Virus record (IMG/VR): IMGVR_UViG_3300034691_000007
Span: 1-50,564 of that record
Strand: one strand, 5' to 3'
Length of the DNA stretch: 50,564 nucleotides
DNA from: a virus
Taxonomy: Duplodnaviria > Caudoviricetes
This document shows positions 18,241 to 27,485 of the stretch, one piece after another. Position 1 is the first letter of the stretch. Every line of letters starts with the position of its first letter. The position numbers were made by a program, and so were the translations under genes. Under the pieces are notes generated by a model, which did not search any database, was not told the origin of the DNA, and was given only the letters and a program-made list of their open reading frames with translations.

Positions 18241-18907
18241 TTGAGTCACCTTTGAGTGCTTTCCAGCATACAGGGAACAACGGTTCAACAACTTGTTCAA
18301 TCAGATCAGCAAAGTCTTGTGCCTCTTTTTGAGCGTGTCCGTCCTTACGCAGACGCCAAAGGTAAAAGAAACTTGTCAGGCTGCCAGTCCAAACCCATGA
18401 GACTGTCATGGATTGTGGCAGCACCATTCGTGCCATTTCAGGAGCTACACCAGCTACGAGAAGATCATCATAGAACTGGAGGGCTAACTGTAGGAAGTTG
18501 TTGTACTCCTCCTTAATAGGTACAGGCTCATCCCAAGGCGCATTGTCAAAGATGTATACAATCTCTTCGTCACCACTACCCTGTTTTACAGAGCCAACAG
18601 GACGACCACGCCAAACATCAGGAACATAGAATTCAACACCAACATCGACGTAGCGACGAGACACCTCATTCCAACTAAGTCCAACTTGGTGCTTACCGAG
18701 CTGTCGAGCCAAGAACACAGGAGCCTGACAACGGATGGAAACTTGAACATGCCTGAAAGGACTAGTATGTTCGTGAGTAGCAAGGTAATCAATAAGTTTA
18801 GCATCTTTCTGGTCGAACTCTTCCTTCCACTTATCGAAGGAGACACGAGCGATGTTGGCTACCCGAAGGTCATCGCCCATGTGATCAATGTATTCAACTT
18901 CCAGCAA
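18221..18907 (-). CDS. thyX: Flavin-dependent thymidylate synthase
   Basis: ARVSF, HEHTSPF, RQLGKHQVGLSWNEVSRRY, PEMARMVLP and HAQKE motifs. TTG start after GGAGG. Confidence 0.92.
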   Translation of the reverse strand: MLEVEYIDHMGDDLRVANIARVSFDKWKEEFDQKDAKLIDYLATHEHTSPFRHVQVSIRCQAPVFLARQLGKHQVGLSWNEVSRRYVDVGVEFYVPDVWRGRPVGSVKQGSGDEEIVYIFDNAPWDEPVPIKEEYNNFLQLALQFYDDLLVAGVAPEMARMVLPQSMTVSWVWTGSLTSFFYLWRLRKDGHAQKEAQDFADLIEQVVEPLFPVCWKALKGDSNDIATN

Positions 18908-19268
18908 CTGGAACCTCCGGCATATTACGGAATGTGTATGGAGCGATGGCACCCTTAGGGTAGCTGTTAACTACAGCTCCCGGACTGTCATCAACCCATA
19001 CGTCAACTTCTACCCCTAACCCTCTGAGGTACTGTCGCTTCGCTGTGAGGTTACTAAAGTACACCTTGTACCCTAGGTCCCGTATGAAGTCTAAGTCCTC
19101 TGGAAAAAGGTCTGGAGGCCTTGCAGTGCAGACAATGACCAAGTGACCACGCTTCTCCAAGAACTTCATCAACTCAAGGAACCCAACAGGGTCCCGAGTG
19201 ATGGTGTTGTCAAAGTCGAAGCTGAAAACAGTGGGCTGTGTAGGCCCACAGCCGTAGTTATCGTTCAT
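18894..19268 (-). CDS. HAD-superfamily phosphatase
   Basis: Motif I DFDNT, motif II TAR, Lys, motif IV VDDSP. Confidence 0.8.
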   Translation of the reverse strand: MNDNYGCGPTQPTVFSFDFDNTITRDPVGFLELMKFLEKRGHLVIVCTARPPDLFPEDLDFIRDLGYKVYFSNLTAKRQYLRGLGVEVDVWVDDSPGAVVNSYPKGAIAPYTFRNMPEVPVAGS

Positions 19269-19420
19269 TAACAACCTCCACAAAGGATGTGTTCTTCCCA
19301 ACTGGTGTGGATGAGAAGGCCATCGAACTCATCACTGAAGTACCATCCGTTGTTGGCCTCTTCTTCAGTCAAGTTAAGGGTGACGTCATTGAACAACTGC
19401 CCGTATCGTTCCTTAGTCAT
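19268..19420 (-). CDS. Hypothetical protein (50 aa)
   Basis: Fills the gap and is TAATG-coupled to the HAD gene. Confidence 0.55.
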   Translation of the reverse strand: MTKERYGQLFNDVTLNLTEEEANNGWYFSDEFDGLLIHTSWEEHILCGGC

Positions 19421-19436
19421 GCCACCGACTTCATAC

Positions 19437-20204
19437 TTATCGTCCAAGCAAACGCTCCACACTGATTTGTTCAAGATCATAAGCACCATCCTTCACATCA
19501 TGCAGCATAGCTACACCACGGAAGTGATTGTTACCTTGATAGCCCTTGTAATCCTCATCGTGAAGGTAGCAAGCGCCACAGATAAGCGCACTAATCTTAC
19601 GACCATCATTGAGGTATTCCTGAGCAAACTTGAAAACCTGTTCGTGACCTTGTACAAAGGAAAGTTTGAGTTTATTAAGACGATACTCAGCAGTTCCACC
19701 GAGGGGACGACCAGATAGAGGATTATATGCGTAATGCACAAAGCTAACACCCCCAATCTTGATAGGCTTCAGGAAGTCATGGACAGTAAAGCCAGTGTGC
19801 TCTAAGAGCTTCTCGTATGTAACCAACTCACGCAACTCTGGGAAGCGTTTAATACGCTGTTCATGGTTGCCAATGAGGAAGTCCAGTTGAGGGCGGTAGA
19901 TTTTCTTCTTGTTAGCAGCCTGATTGAACTGCAATTCGCGGAGAGGTTTGATAATCTCCCACATTGCAACCCGACCTGCTGCCACATCAGCCGCTACTTC
20001 AGCACCATCGAAGACTAACCGATTGTTCTTCGGGAAGTCATATGTGCTGAGACTCTTCATGTCCCAGTGATCACCAATGTGGACGATGTGAGTAGGACGT
20101 TCTTTCACAATCAGTTGGCCAATAGCCTTCATCAGTGGAAGATTCAACTCCAAGTTGTCTGGGCGAATCTGTGTGTCAAAGATTACCAATACATTATTTG
20201 CCAC
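19437..20204 (-). CDS. Calcineurin-like metallophosphoesterase
   Basis: DTQ, GDHWD, GNHE, H and GHEQ metal-binding motifs. Confidence 0.85.
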   Translation of the reverse strand: MANNVLVIFDTQIRPDNLELNLPLMKAIGQLIVKERPTHIVHIGDHWDMKSLSTYDFPKNNRLVFDGAEVAADVAAGRVAMWEIIKPLRELQFNQAANKKKIYRPQLDFLIGNHEQRIKRFPELRELVTYEKLLEHTGFTVHDFLKPIKIGGVSFVHYAYNPLSGRPLGGTAEYRLNKLKLSFVQGHEQVFKFAQEYLNDGRKISALICGACYLHDEDYKGYQGNNHFRGVAMLHDVKDGAYDLEQISVERLLGR

Positions 20205-20526
20205 GGTTTAGTTCCTCACTACGATCATCAAGCTCAGGATGTGTTCGGAACCCTTCGGCTAAGAACATTGCGTTACAGAAGATATGGTCAACGTGGGGTA
20301 GGCCAGACTCTGGATCAATGTCCTCACCAGCTAGGTAGGCTGACAGATGCCGTAGCATACTGTCACACACCTCTGTGTGCTTGAGTCCCTTGTGCCAATT
20401 ACCACGAGCATACTTCTTGGCCCCGAAGGCCAGCACCTCTGACATACCCTGAAGCCCATGACGGGCCTCAAGGATCATCGAGAGAGGTGCTTTACCGGCA
20501 TTAAACCGGGCACCTAATTCAGCCAT
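20194..20526 (-). CDS. dATP/dGTP diphosphohydrolase-domain protein (DUF5664-like)
   Basis: GK..LS, FGAKKY..GNW.KG, RHL and [17 protein letters not shown] motifs. Confidence 0.85.
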   Translation of the reverse strand: MAELGARFNAGKAPLSMILEARHGLQGMSEVLAFGAKKYARGNWHKGLKHTEVCDSMLRHLSAYLAGEDIDPESGLPHVDHIFCNAMFLAEGFRTHPELDDRSEELNRGK

Positions 20527-20695
20527 TCTTCAGGGCCTCTATAAAGTAAAAACCACTGTCCATGTGAATGCCATTCAACTTTTCGCAATATGCATCGGCG
20601 TCTTCAAACCTGTCAAACTTTTCCTTATAGAACCATTGGTCATATTCAAAATCAGTCTGATCGCAAAAGACTACATGGAACTCGTAACCTTGCAT
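20519..20695 (-). CDS. Hypothetical protein (58 aa, [10 protein letters not shown]...)
   Basis: Hand-translated; GGAGG RBS and TAATG coupling. Confidence 0.65.
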   Translation of the reverse strand: MQGYEFHVVFCDQTDFEYDQWFYKEKFDRFEDADAYCEKLNGIHMDSGFYFIEALKNG

Positions 20696-20949
20696 TATGC
20701 CTCCAGTACCGCTTCAGCTTGGCCAAGAACAGCATTACGTGTTGTACTGTACCCTTGCTCTTTGACACGAGCAAACATGGCCAGTAGGGCTGTTTTATCC
20801 TCGTCAGTAAACTGAGCTGCATATAACTGCGCCTCTAGCTTACCTTGATCACCAAACAGGTTGAAGAACACAGCGCAGCGATTCCATGCTTGCAGCTCCT
20901 TGTTCTTTACATCATTGAACAGGGACTGGCCTTTAAATTTATTCGTCAT
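20695..20949 (-). CDS. Hypothetical protein (84 aa, MTNKFKGQSL...)
   Basis: Fills the gap between neighbours with coupled stop/start. Confidence 0.65.
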   Translation of the reverse strand: MTNKFKGQSLFNDVKNKELQAWNRCAVFFNLFGDQGKLEAQLYAAQFTDEDKTALLAMFARVKEQGYSTTRNAVLGQAEAVLEA

Positions 20950-21388
20950 CTTCATCGCCTTCTTCAAAATTGATTTCTTCTTTGCTACGTCTCCGACGTT
21001 GCTTAGCAACCTCTGTCTCCTCAAGTGACTTGACGGAGTGGCATGCTTTACATACCAGTTGGAGATTACTACTGTCACAGAACATACGCTCGATGCATTC
21101 ATCCCAAGTTGTGAACCCAACTGCTGGGTCAATGATGGGGACGATGTGGTCAACGAAAATGTTCTTGACACGCTTACGCTTTTCAGTGTCCATCACGGTA
21201 GGTGGAACTTCCAAACCACAGCATTCACACTTGTACAAACCCCGGCTTACGTTAGCTCGTTTACGGCAACGTTGGATAGGTCCCCACTTTCGTGTGGCAG
21301 CCCTGAGGTTGTTCTTAATGAAGCTATTGAACTTGGCTTGAGTCCACTGCCCGTCACACTTTACTGCCTCACCTGATGGTCTAGCCAA
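20939..21388 (-). CDS. HNH endonuclease
   Basis: CECC...VDHIVP...NLQLVCKACHSVKS. TTG start after GGAGG. Confidence 0.85.
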   Translation of the reverse strand: MARPSGEAVKCDGQWTQAKFNSFIKNNLRAATRKWGPIQRCRKRANVSRGLYKCECCGLEVPPTVMDTEKRKRVKNIFVDHIVPIIDPAVGFTTWDECIERMFCDSSNLQLVCKACHSVKSLEETEVAKQRRRRSKEEINFEEGDEDDE

Positions 21389-21569
21389 CCTCAGCCTCCG
21401 CAACTGGGACGACGCTGATGAGGCGTGCTGCTTGGACCATCAGGGTAAGGTTCTCATCGTCGTCAAGAAAGGCAACTAAGCCTTCCTTCACTTGGATATC
21501 AAACACCTCTACTGTAGACGTAATGGGTTCGCCATAATGGTCACAGTAGGTGACAACTGCCTTAGTCAT
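21381..21569 (-). CDS. Hypothetical protein (62 aa)
   Basis: AAGGAG RBS; operon continuity. Confidence 0.65.
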   Translation of the reverse strand: MTKAVVTYCDHYGEPITSTVEVFDIQVKEGLVAFLDDDENLTLMVQAARLISVVPVAEAEVG

Positions 21570-22110
21570 TTGTCTTCTCCTTCAAGAAGCAAACTACAAC
21601 GAATCGTGAGTCAGCAGATTCTGCTGGCCAACGGGAGTGGTACTGTCTTGCATCGTAGATGAACAGGTCATTTGCTCGTTGGTCAGCATACTGAGTGACA
21701 ATCCAGTTGTGGTCATTTTCAGTATGAATGCGCTCTTCCCACTCAGCAGGGTATGTTCCATAGACTGAGTGAGCAAACAGTGCAGTTCCTGTGTGGCCTC
21801 CGTTAACGTAGTAGACAGCAGCGACTGTTGGTTGCTCACCCTCAACCTCCCCATCTGAGTGGATACGGAATGTTGTGTCTGTGTCCTTGTCGTTGAACCG
21901 ACAGAAACACTGGAGCATTTCAAGTTCCTTTCCAGTGGAAGCTTGAATGGCTGCATGGAGTGCCTCTCTCGTCTCCTTAGGGGCTAATGCAGCACACATC
22001 TGCACTTCCCCACCCAAAGGTATTGCCTCGAAGTCAGCTCGGCACAGGTAGCTCTTCAGGGCTGCTATCGTGTCCGGCTTCAGTGCTTCCTGCACTGTCC
22101 GGGCGCTCAT
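21562..22110 (-). CDS. Putative 2OG-Fe(II) dioxygenase (DSBH fold)
   Basis: IHSD (HxD), AVYYVN...GTALF, distal YHSR and C-terminal RFVVVCF strand. Confidence 0.7.
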   Translation of the reverse strand: MSARTVQEALKPDTIAALKSYLCRADFEAIPLGGEVQMCAALAPKETREALHAAIQASTGKELEMLQCFCRFNDKDTDTTFRIHSDGEVEGEQPTVAAVYYVNGGHTGTALFAHSVYGTYPAEWEERIHTENDHNWIVTQYADQRANDLFIYDARQYHSRWPAESADSRFVVVCFLKEKTND

Positions 22111-23002
22111 CAAACATGACATACTTAACTAGCTCTCCATCTTCGTCAATCTCACGAACCATCCACAGCAGTTGGCACTGCTCATTCATTTCTTTACGCC
22201 AGTCATCCCCGTACTTAGCAAGGTAGAGTGCAGCAGTTCTTTCAAACAAATCGCCTTCTGTCTTGGCGTCGTAAAGGGATTCGTAAGCAGTGACAGGACC
22301 GCACCTTGGTAGGCCGGGGATGTTGTCAACAGAATCTCCTGTAAGGACTTGACTGTAGAAGAACGCAAGACCGGTGCCGATGATTTTCTTACCACCTTTA
22401 AGCTCGATGGCTCCGATCTCTGTAACTCTAACAGGGCCAAACTGAGCCTGTCTGCCACATTCCCAGCCATAGTGCATCCCCGGTGTAATACGCAAATCTT
22501 TATCACGAGAGCAGATGATCGTGTCCAGCTCAGCAATACGTGCATACTGGTCGATTGACATGAGGTCGTCTGCTTCCATGCCGAACGCAATCTTCACGTC
22601 GTAGGTAGCAATCATGTACGCTGTGAGATTGTCATAGTGAAAAGGTTTCTCACTCTTGCGAGTGCCCTTATACACTTTCTTCTCAGCCACTGCGTCTCGG
22701 AAGTTAGGTTGGTAGTCCTGTTCAGGCAGACCGGCCTTCTTCAGTTTCTTGTTGGCTTGCTTGTGCATGCGTCGGTCATTGGTAAGGTACAGCACAGGAG
22801 GTTCGGTTGCCCAAACCTCCGCACAGATTTCCTTAATCTTCTGATCGAGCAGGTCCGCTACGAAGTCGAAGTTACGAACGATCAGCTCACCTGTACAAGC
22901 TTCAGCTTCTTCCTTCGTCATCCCCGGCTTGGGCAGGTCAAGATACTGACCTGAATGCCCAATCTCGTAGCGGAGCACATCTGCGTCGATTAGTGGAGTC
23001 AT
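22034..23002 (-). CDS. 5'-3' exonuclease (T7 gp6 / T5 D15 family)
   Basis: LIDAD, YKGTR, EADD, SRDKDL and GDSVDNIPGL motifs. Confidence 0.9.
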   Translation of the reverse strand: MTPLIDADVLRYEIGHSGQYLDLPKPGMTKEEAEACTGELIVRNFDFVADLLDQKIKEICAEVWATEPPVLYLTNDRRMHKQANKKLKKAGLPEQDYQPNFRDAVAEKKVYKGTRKSEKPFHYDNLTAYMIATYDVKIAFGMEADDLMSIDQYARIAELDTIICSRDKDLRITPGMHYGWECGRQAQFGPVRVTEIGAIELKGGKKIIGTGLAFFYSQVLTGDSVDNIPGLPRCGPVTAYESLYDAKTEGDLFERTAALYLAKYGDDWRKEMNEQCQLLWMVREIDEDGELVKYVMFDERPDSAGSTEAGHDSSPEELPVPS

Positions 23003-23328
23003 TAGAACCCGCCAGTTGCAATCTGGATTTCAGTCTCTTGCTTGGCAAAGTCTGCCAGACGAACTTCATCTAGTCGGGTTTGCTTGGCTGTCGAGACAGG
23101 CTTAAGACGCTTACCATCAATGGTGAACGGCTTGACGTCCAGATCAATGTGCTTACCTTTCAGGAAAGCAGCGAGAAAGATTTTACGGAAGTGGTAAGGG
23201 TCTTCATCGACACGCACAAGACTGTCACCAGCCAGATACACAATGTCGCCCTTCTTCACACCATAAGTCCCCAAAGTACCGTCCAGAACTTCAGCAAACT
23301 GACCCACTTGAACTTCTTTATTACTCAC
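23002..23328 (-). CDS. Hypothetical protein (108 aa)
   Basis: Coupled ORF with phage codon usage. Confidence 0.7.
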   Translation of the reverse strand: MSNKEVQVGQFAEVLDGTLGTYGVKKGDIVYLAGDSLVRVDEDPYHFRKIFLAAFLKGKHIDLDVKPFTIDGKRLKPVSTAKQTRLDEVRLADFAKQETEIQIATGGF

Positions 23329-23491
23329 CTAGTGCTTCCTCTATTGCTTTCTTTTGAACATCTGTGAGAGCTGGGTAATCGTCCAGACGGTCAAGGTCTA
23401 TGCGAGAGTAAGCCATAGACCGACCACTGATACGATACTGGAACTCACGCTCCCACAACCAGTGGCCATCACTCCAGACGAAGATGACCAT
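23321..23491 (-). CDS. Hypothetical protein (56 aa, MVIFVWSDGH...)
   Basis: Hand-translated; TAATG-coupled and fills the gap. Confidence 0.6.
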   Translation of the reverse strand: MVIFVWSDGHWLWEREFQYRISGRSMAYSRIDLDRLDDYPALTDVQKKAIEEALGE

Positions 23492-23673
23492 TATTGCAGT
23501 ACGATGATGGCGTCAGTGAGTACAGCTTGCACACTAGCCAGTGTTGACTGAATGCGTGCTTGCAATACTTCATGACCTACCAGTTGGTCCACTCGGGCCT
23601 GTACCAGACCAAGTTTCTCCAGATAGAAATACAGCTCGGCTGTTAGTTGCTCGTTGGTTTGAATCTCACTCAT
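23491..23673 (-). CDS. Hypothetical protein (60 aa)
   Basis: ATG 23673; helical; operon continuity. Confidence 0.6.
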   Translation of the reverse strand: MSEIQTNEQLTAELYFYLEKLGLVQARVDQLVGHEVLQARIQSTLASVQAVLTDAIIVLQ

Positions 23674-23675
23674 AC

Positions 23676-24410
23676 TTACCACTCCTGACCGTCTTCTGGT
23701 TCACCGTCAATATCATCGTCGTCTTCAGGCTCCTCAGCTTCCTCTACAGGAGGCTTGGCAGGCTTGCCCTTACCCTTGGCAGGCTTAGCCTTAGCACCGC
23801 CCTCCAGAGCTTCCTGAAGCGGGCTACCGTCGAAGTCAAGGTTGCCCTTGATCTTATCTTGCAACCACTCTGGCAGAGACTTAAATACTTCCAAGTCTGG
23901 CTCGTCCAGTACGAATACTTTCGGAGGGTTAACCAGCTCAGGTGCCTTGGCAGCATCACGAGGACGCATTGCAGAGACAGCCTGAATGTTGTTGTAGATT
24001 TTACCAGCGTTCTTGCCAGTACCTACGTTGTTGACAATCACCAGAGTGCATGGTGTTTCAACCAGCTCTGTGAAGTCACCACCGTATGCCTCGGTTGGGT
24101 CCAACGCTTTGTAACGCTTAGTGCTGGTTGCCAAGTCAGCGTCAAGGTTACGCAGTGGGAAGGTCTCAGACAACCAACGAGGTTTGTCCTCGATGTCATC
24201 ACCGTTCTCATCCTTCATGAACTCATCAGCGAACTCGTAAGTCAGCATGATTTCATGTGCTGGTGGCTTGGCTTCACCCTTGTAAGGACGTTGCTCTTGG
24301 ACACCCAAGTCCAGAATCTGTACCACACGAGCTGGGTAGCTACCAGCGTCGATAGGTTCTTGAGCAGGACCACCACCAACTTTAGGGACGTTACGTGCAT
24401 TCAATGCCAT
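23676..24410 (-). CDS. Putative single-stranded DNA-binding protein
   Basis: OB-like N-terminus (GSYPARVVQILDLG) and an acidic tail ending in an aromatic residue (EDDDDIDGEPEDGQEW), in the replication module. Confidence 0.7.
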   Translation of the reverse strand: MALNARNVPKVGGGPAQEPIDAGSYPARVVQILDLGVQEQRPYKGEAKPPAHEIMLTYEFADEFMKDENGDDIEDKPRWLSETFPLRNLDADLATSTKRYKALDPTEAYGGDFTELVETPCTLVIVNNVGTGKNAGKIYNNIQAVSAMRPRDAAKAPELVNPPKVFVLDEPDLEVFKSLPEWLQDKIKGNLDFDGSPLQEALEGGAKAKPAKGKGKPAKPPVEEAEEPEDDDDIDGEPEDGQEW

Positions 24411-24535
24411 TAGTTTGTTGCCTCTTTGATATTAAGAATTGTTGCTATCTCTGTCCACATCTTGTCACTTGCTTCTTCCGACTGGAATAGGCAATGCCAG
24501 ATTGACCAGATAAACACTGACCAGACTATCAACAT
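24410..24535 (-). CDS. Small Trp-rich membrane protein (41 aa)
   Basis: MLIVWSVFIWSIWHCLF...; TAATG-coupled to the SSB gene. Confidence 0.5.
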   Translation of the reverse strand: MLIVWSVFIWSIWHCLFQSEEASDKMWTEIATILNIKEATN

Positions 24536-24536
24536 A

Positions 24537-24815
24537 TCACAGCTCTGGTTTAAGTATGAGCTTCATGCCCACTTGACTTGCAAGGAATTCAGTCTTCTCC
24601 AACCACTTACCTTGGTCTGTCTTCACGTAGCATTGAAACCAAACATACTTCGTGTCAATTTGCTTGGCCTCGCCGTACTTAGTACAGCTCAGGTAGCCGA
24701 TTGGGTAGGTCACTGCATAGGCAATGAGTCCACCAATGATAGGCACTGATAGGCCTTTGAGCAGGGTGAACGCCACCCCAATGATTTTACTTGTTATGCT
24801 TTTCTCGTCTGCCAC
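24537..24815 (-). CDS. Membrane protein (92 aa)
   Basis: Hydrophobic N-terminal half; GAGG RBS. Confidence 0.6.
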   Translation of the reverse strand: MADEKSITSKIIGVAFTLLKGLSVPIIGGLIAYAVTYPIGYLSCTKYGEAKQIDTKYVWFQCYVKTDQGKWLEKTEFLASQVGMKLILKPEL

Positions 24816-25141
24816 TATGTCCTCACGTTAATGTGTTTGCTGCCAATGTACAGTGCAGCAGCCAGCCTGTGGTTTCCATCAGTAACCCATAGGTATGGGT
24901 CTCCTTCTCCTGTGAAGTGAACGTCTACGTCAATAGGCTCGTAGTCGTTGTTCTCTACGAAGTAAGCCACACGAGCAGCGTGAAGCCATGTACTTCTGTG
25001 GTCCATTTCTGGACCCAGTGGGGCAGACTCAACCCAGCCATCACGAAGGCACTGTTGTACATGCTCTCGTGTAAGTTGGTTGTTAGTGCCCCAAATGTTT
25101 ACAGCGTATGGATCAACCAATAGATCAATGAATTTCTGCAT
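24815..25141 (-). CDS. ParB/sulfiredoxin-like domain protein
   Basis: PIDV...VTDGNHRLAAA signature. Confidence 0.75.
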   Translation of the reverse strand: MQKFIDLLVDPYAVNIWGTNNQLTREHVQQCLRDGWVESAPLGPEMDHRSTWLHAARVAYFVENNDYEPIDVDVHFTGEGDPYLWVTDGNHRLAAALYIGSKHINVRT

Positions 25142-27002
25142 AGCTCAGACCGAAGTCAACAGAGCAATCAAGCTCCCGATTAAGATTCAACTCTGCGTTA
25201 GTCTCACGCATAGCTTCCTTGAGCAAGGCAGTACACTTCTCTCTGTAACCAATCTTGATGCAGAGGATAACCTCATCGTGCATCTGACCAGTTAACTGAG
25301 GGCGTTTCTTACGGAAGTTCTTGATCCACGTATCGAAGCACCAAACACCAGTACCTTGATTGAGCGTAGAGAACCTGTCCTTTTCATGACGCAGCGAGTA
25401 CCACAGTTGGCTGACTGGATTGAACAACCACTTCATACCTAAGCATGACTTGACTATCTGATCCTCAGCTACCTTAAGTACAGACCAATTCCGTTTCCAA
25501 TATGCTTCCTTAAGTTCGGCTCCTGCCTTCAAATCAACTTCAGCAGCACGAGCAACAGCAGCATCACCAGCACCATACACACATGTGTAGTTTGCCTTCT
25601 TGCCAATCTGCCGCACTAGCTTCAGCTTCTTAAACAACTCCGTGTGCTTGAAGTGATCGTCAGCAGCCTTAAACCGGTTGCCGTCCTCAAGACTCATCAG
25701 CTTACCTTGAACACACAAGTCAATGTGTGGATCAAAGTCGTCTGTCATCATTTCTTCTACGTATTCAGGATCATACGGGAACATGAAGTGTTGCTTGGTC
25801 CGATCTTCCAAGCTGCTCATGTCGCTACCACATAGCTCATAACCTTCAGGAGCAACCAAACAGCCCCGGATATCAGCACCATAAGGCTTATCAATACCCG
25901 GAAGGTTGACAACCACCCTGTGCTTGAAGCGTAACGTGTTGGTAAGTCCTTGCACTTGTGCTTGGACATAACCTTCATCATCCACGTTATTTAGGAACCC
26001 ATTCAGGATCGCTATACGGTGAGTAAGAACAGACAACCCATCAAGGACTTCAAACTTCGGTTCCTTGACATACAGACGCTTGATACTCTTACAAATACCA
26101 CCGCCTTGTTTCAGATTGACTTGAGGAATCTGACGTGTCTCGCCAGTCTCCTTGTTCCGTTTGAACTCAAAGGTTTCTGGAATCCAACCAGCTCCATACA
26201 ACCATGACTTCACTTGATCAGACGATCCGGGGTTAGGTTCCTTGTAACCCACAATCTCCTGAACAACTCCTTCGTAATCCTCTGGTAAACCTTGTTCCTT
26301 CAACAACGCAAACCAGTTCTCCCCAGCTACAGTAAGGACGTTAACCTTACCTTTGAGGAACAACTTAGCAGGTTTTGTCCTTGGCTTGATGATTGGGAGA
26401 CGAGGCATAGCTTCAATAAGCTCAACCGTCTTCTTCTCCTTCTCAGCTAACAGCCTGTCACGCACTTCTACGGTGTGAGGTACATCTATCTTCCACCGTG
26501 AAGCCTCCTGCTCCCTCGCACAATCCATTTTAAAGCTGAGGTAATCTATCAGCCGCCATGCAGCCTCCTCGCTGCCATACAGCCTTAGCAGTTGCCTCCA
26601 CTGCCTGTCCCATAACTTCGTGTTGATCTTAACGTCTTCTTCACAACGGTTGATGTACTCTTCAATCGGGAGATTTTCCCAATCGTCAATGGGTGGTTTG
26701 GGTACACCAAACTCTTCACCCCACCAAGCCAAGCCGTGACGTACACGCTTAGGTTCCAGATACCATGACAGCGCAAGTGTGTCTACGATCTTGCATCGAA
26801 TCTTGATACCAAGGATACGCTCCAACACTGGCACGTCGAATCGTGCAATGTTGTGTCCGATCAACACAGTTGCCTTACCGAAGAAGCTACGCATGTTGTC
26901 GTAGTCTACGGTGGACTTAACCTTCTTATCAACATTCACTGACAAGCAATGGATGCGATCAGGGTTAAGGCCATTAGCCTCAATGTCGAAGATGGCTTGC
27001 AT
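25125..27002 (-). CDS. DNA polymerase family A with 3'-5' exonuclease (T7-like)
   Basis: Exo I DIE, Exo II HNIARFD, motif A DMSSLEDR, motif B RQIGKKANY..VYG, motif C HDE. Confidence 0.95.
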   Translation of the reverse strand: MQAIFDIEANGLNPDRIHCLSVNVDKKVKSTVDYDNMRSFFGKATVLIGHNIARFDVPVLERILGIKIRCKIVDTLALSWYLEPKRVRHGLAWWGEEFGVPKPPIDDWENLPIEEYINRCEEDVKINTKLWDRQWRQLLRLYGSEEAAWRLIDYLSFKMDCAREQEASRWKIDVPHTVEVRDRLLAEKEKKTVELIEAMPRLPIIKPRTKPAKLFLKGKVNVLTVAGENWFALLKEQGLPEDYEGVVQEIVGYKEPNPGSSDQVKSWLYGAGWIPETFEFKRNKETGETRQIPQVNLKQGGGICKSIKRLYVKEPKFEVLDGLSVLTHRIAILNGFLNNVDDEGYVQAQVQGLTNTLRFKHRVVVNLPGIDKPYGADIRGCLVAPEGYELCGSDMSSLEDRTKQHFMFPYDPEYVEEMMTDDFDPHIDLCVQGKLMSLEDGNRFKAADDHFKHTELFKKLKLVRQIGKKANYTCVYGAGDAAVARAAEVDLKAGAELKEAYWKRNWSVLKVAEDQIVKSCLGMKWLFNPVSQLWYSLRHEKDRFSTLNQGTGVWCFDTWIKNFRKKRPQLTGQMHDEVILCIKIGYREKCTALLKEAMRETNAELNLNRELDCSVDFGLSYAEIH

Positions 27003-27472
27003 TAGAGAGCAGCACCATACTTCTCACGCACTTCTGCCTTGAAGCGTATGACACATTGTCTGACAGTGATGTTTGGGACATCCATGATTTCTACAATGTC
27101 GGCAGGCAATAACTGCTTGACAAAATAAAGGTCCAGAATCTCCTGATTCTGTTTGTTCTTACCTTTGATGTCACGGATAACTTTGTCGATCAAGTCTTGA
27201 TCAGCATGCCCCATCTTAACACCTTCGTGCATTTCCTCGTCAAACTCATCGGTAGTCCCATACCGACGATCATCAGACATGAAACGCTTCAGGCAACTGC
27301 TCAAGATACGGCCGAACCAAGCGTCCATATCCTTTACTTCAGGTGTCCAATATTGCAAGGCGTTTACAAAAGCATTCTGTACAATGTCCTCAGCATTCTC
27401 TGGAGTGCCAGCACGACCACTTACTTTCTGCACAAGCTTGCGCTTGTTAGCACGATAGTAAGCCTCGATCAC
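27002..27472 (-). CDS. ECF-type RNA polymerase sigma factor
   Basis: Region 2 AEDIVQNAFV...WFGRI and region 4 helix-turn-helix (LLPADIVEIMDVPNITVRQCVIR). ~156 aa; GTG start inferred. Confidence 0.8.
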   Translation of the reverse strand: MIEAYYRANKRKLVQKVSGRAGTPENAEDIVQNAFVNALQYWTPEVKDMDAWFGRILSSCLKRFMSDDRRYGTTDEFDEEMHEGVKMGHADQDLIDKVIRDIKGKNKQNQEILDLYFVKQLLPADIVEIMDVPNITVRQCVIRFKAEVREKYGAAL

Positions 27473-27485
27473 TTGGTTACGTTCT

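Noticed and set aside
20939-21388. HNH gene as an intron-encoded homing element
   Set aside because: It is free-standing and coupled to its neighbours. No interrupted gene or intron core is visible, and pol, terL and nrdJ are uninterrupted.
20194-25141. A complete DNA base-modification pathway (Z-base, deazaguanine, hypermodified T)
   Set aside because: I recognise no PurZ, DpdA/Que, dNMP hydroxymethylase or glycosyltransferase genes, and the apparent restriction-site avoidance argues for unmodified DNA.
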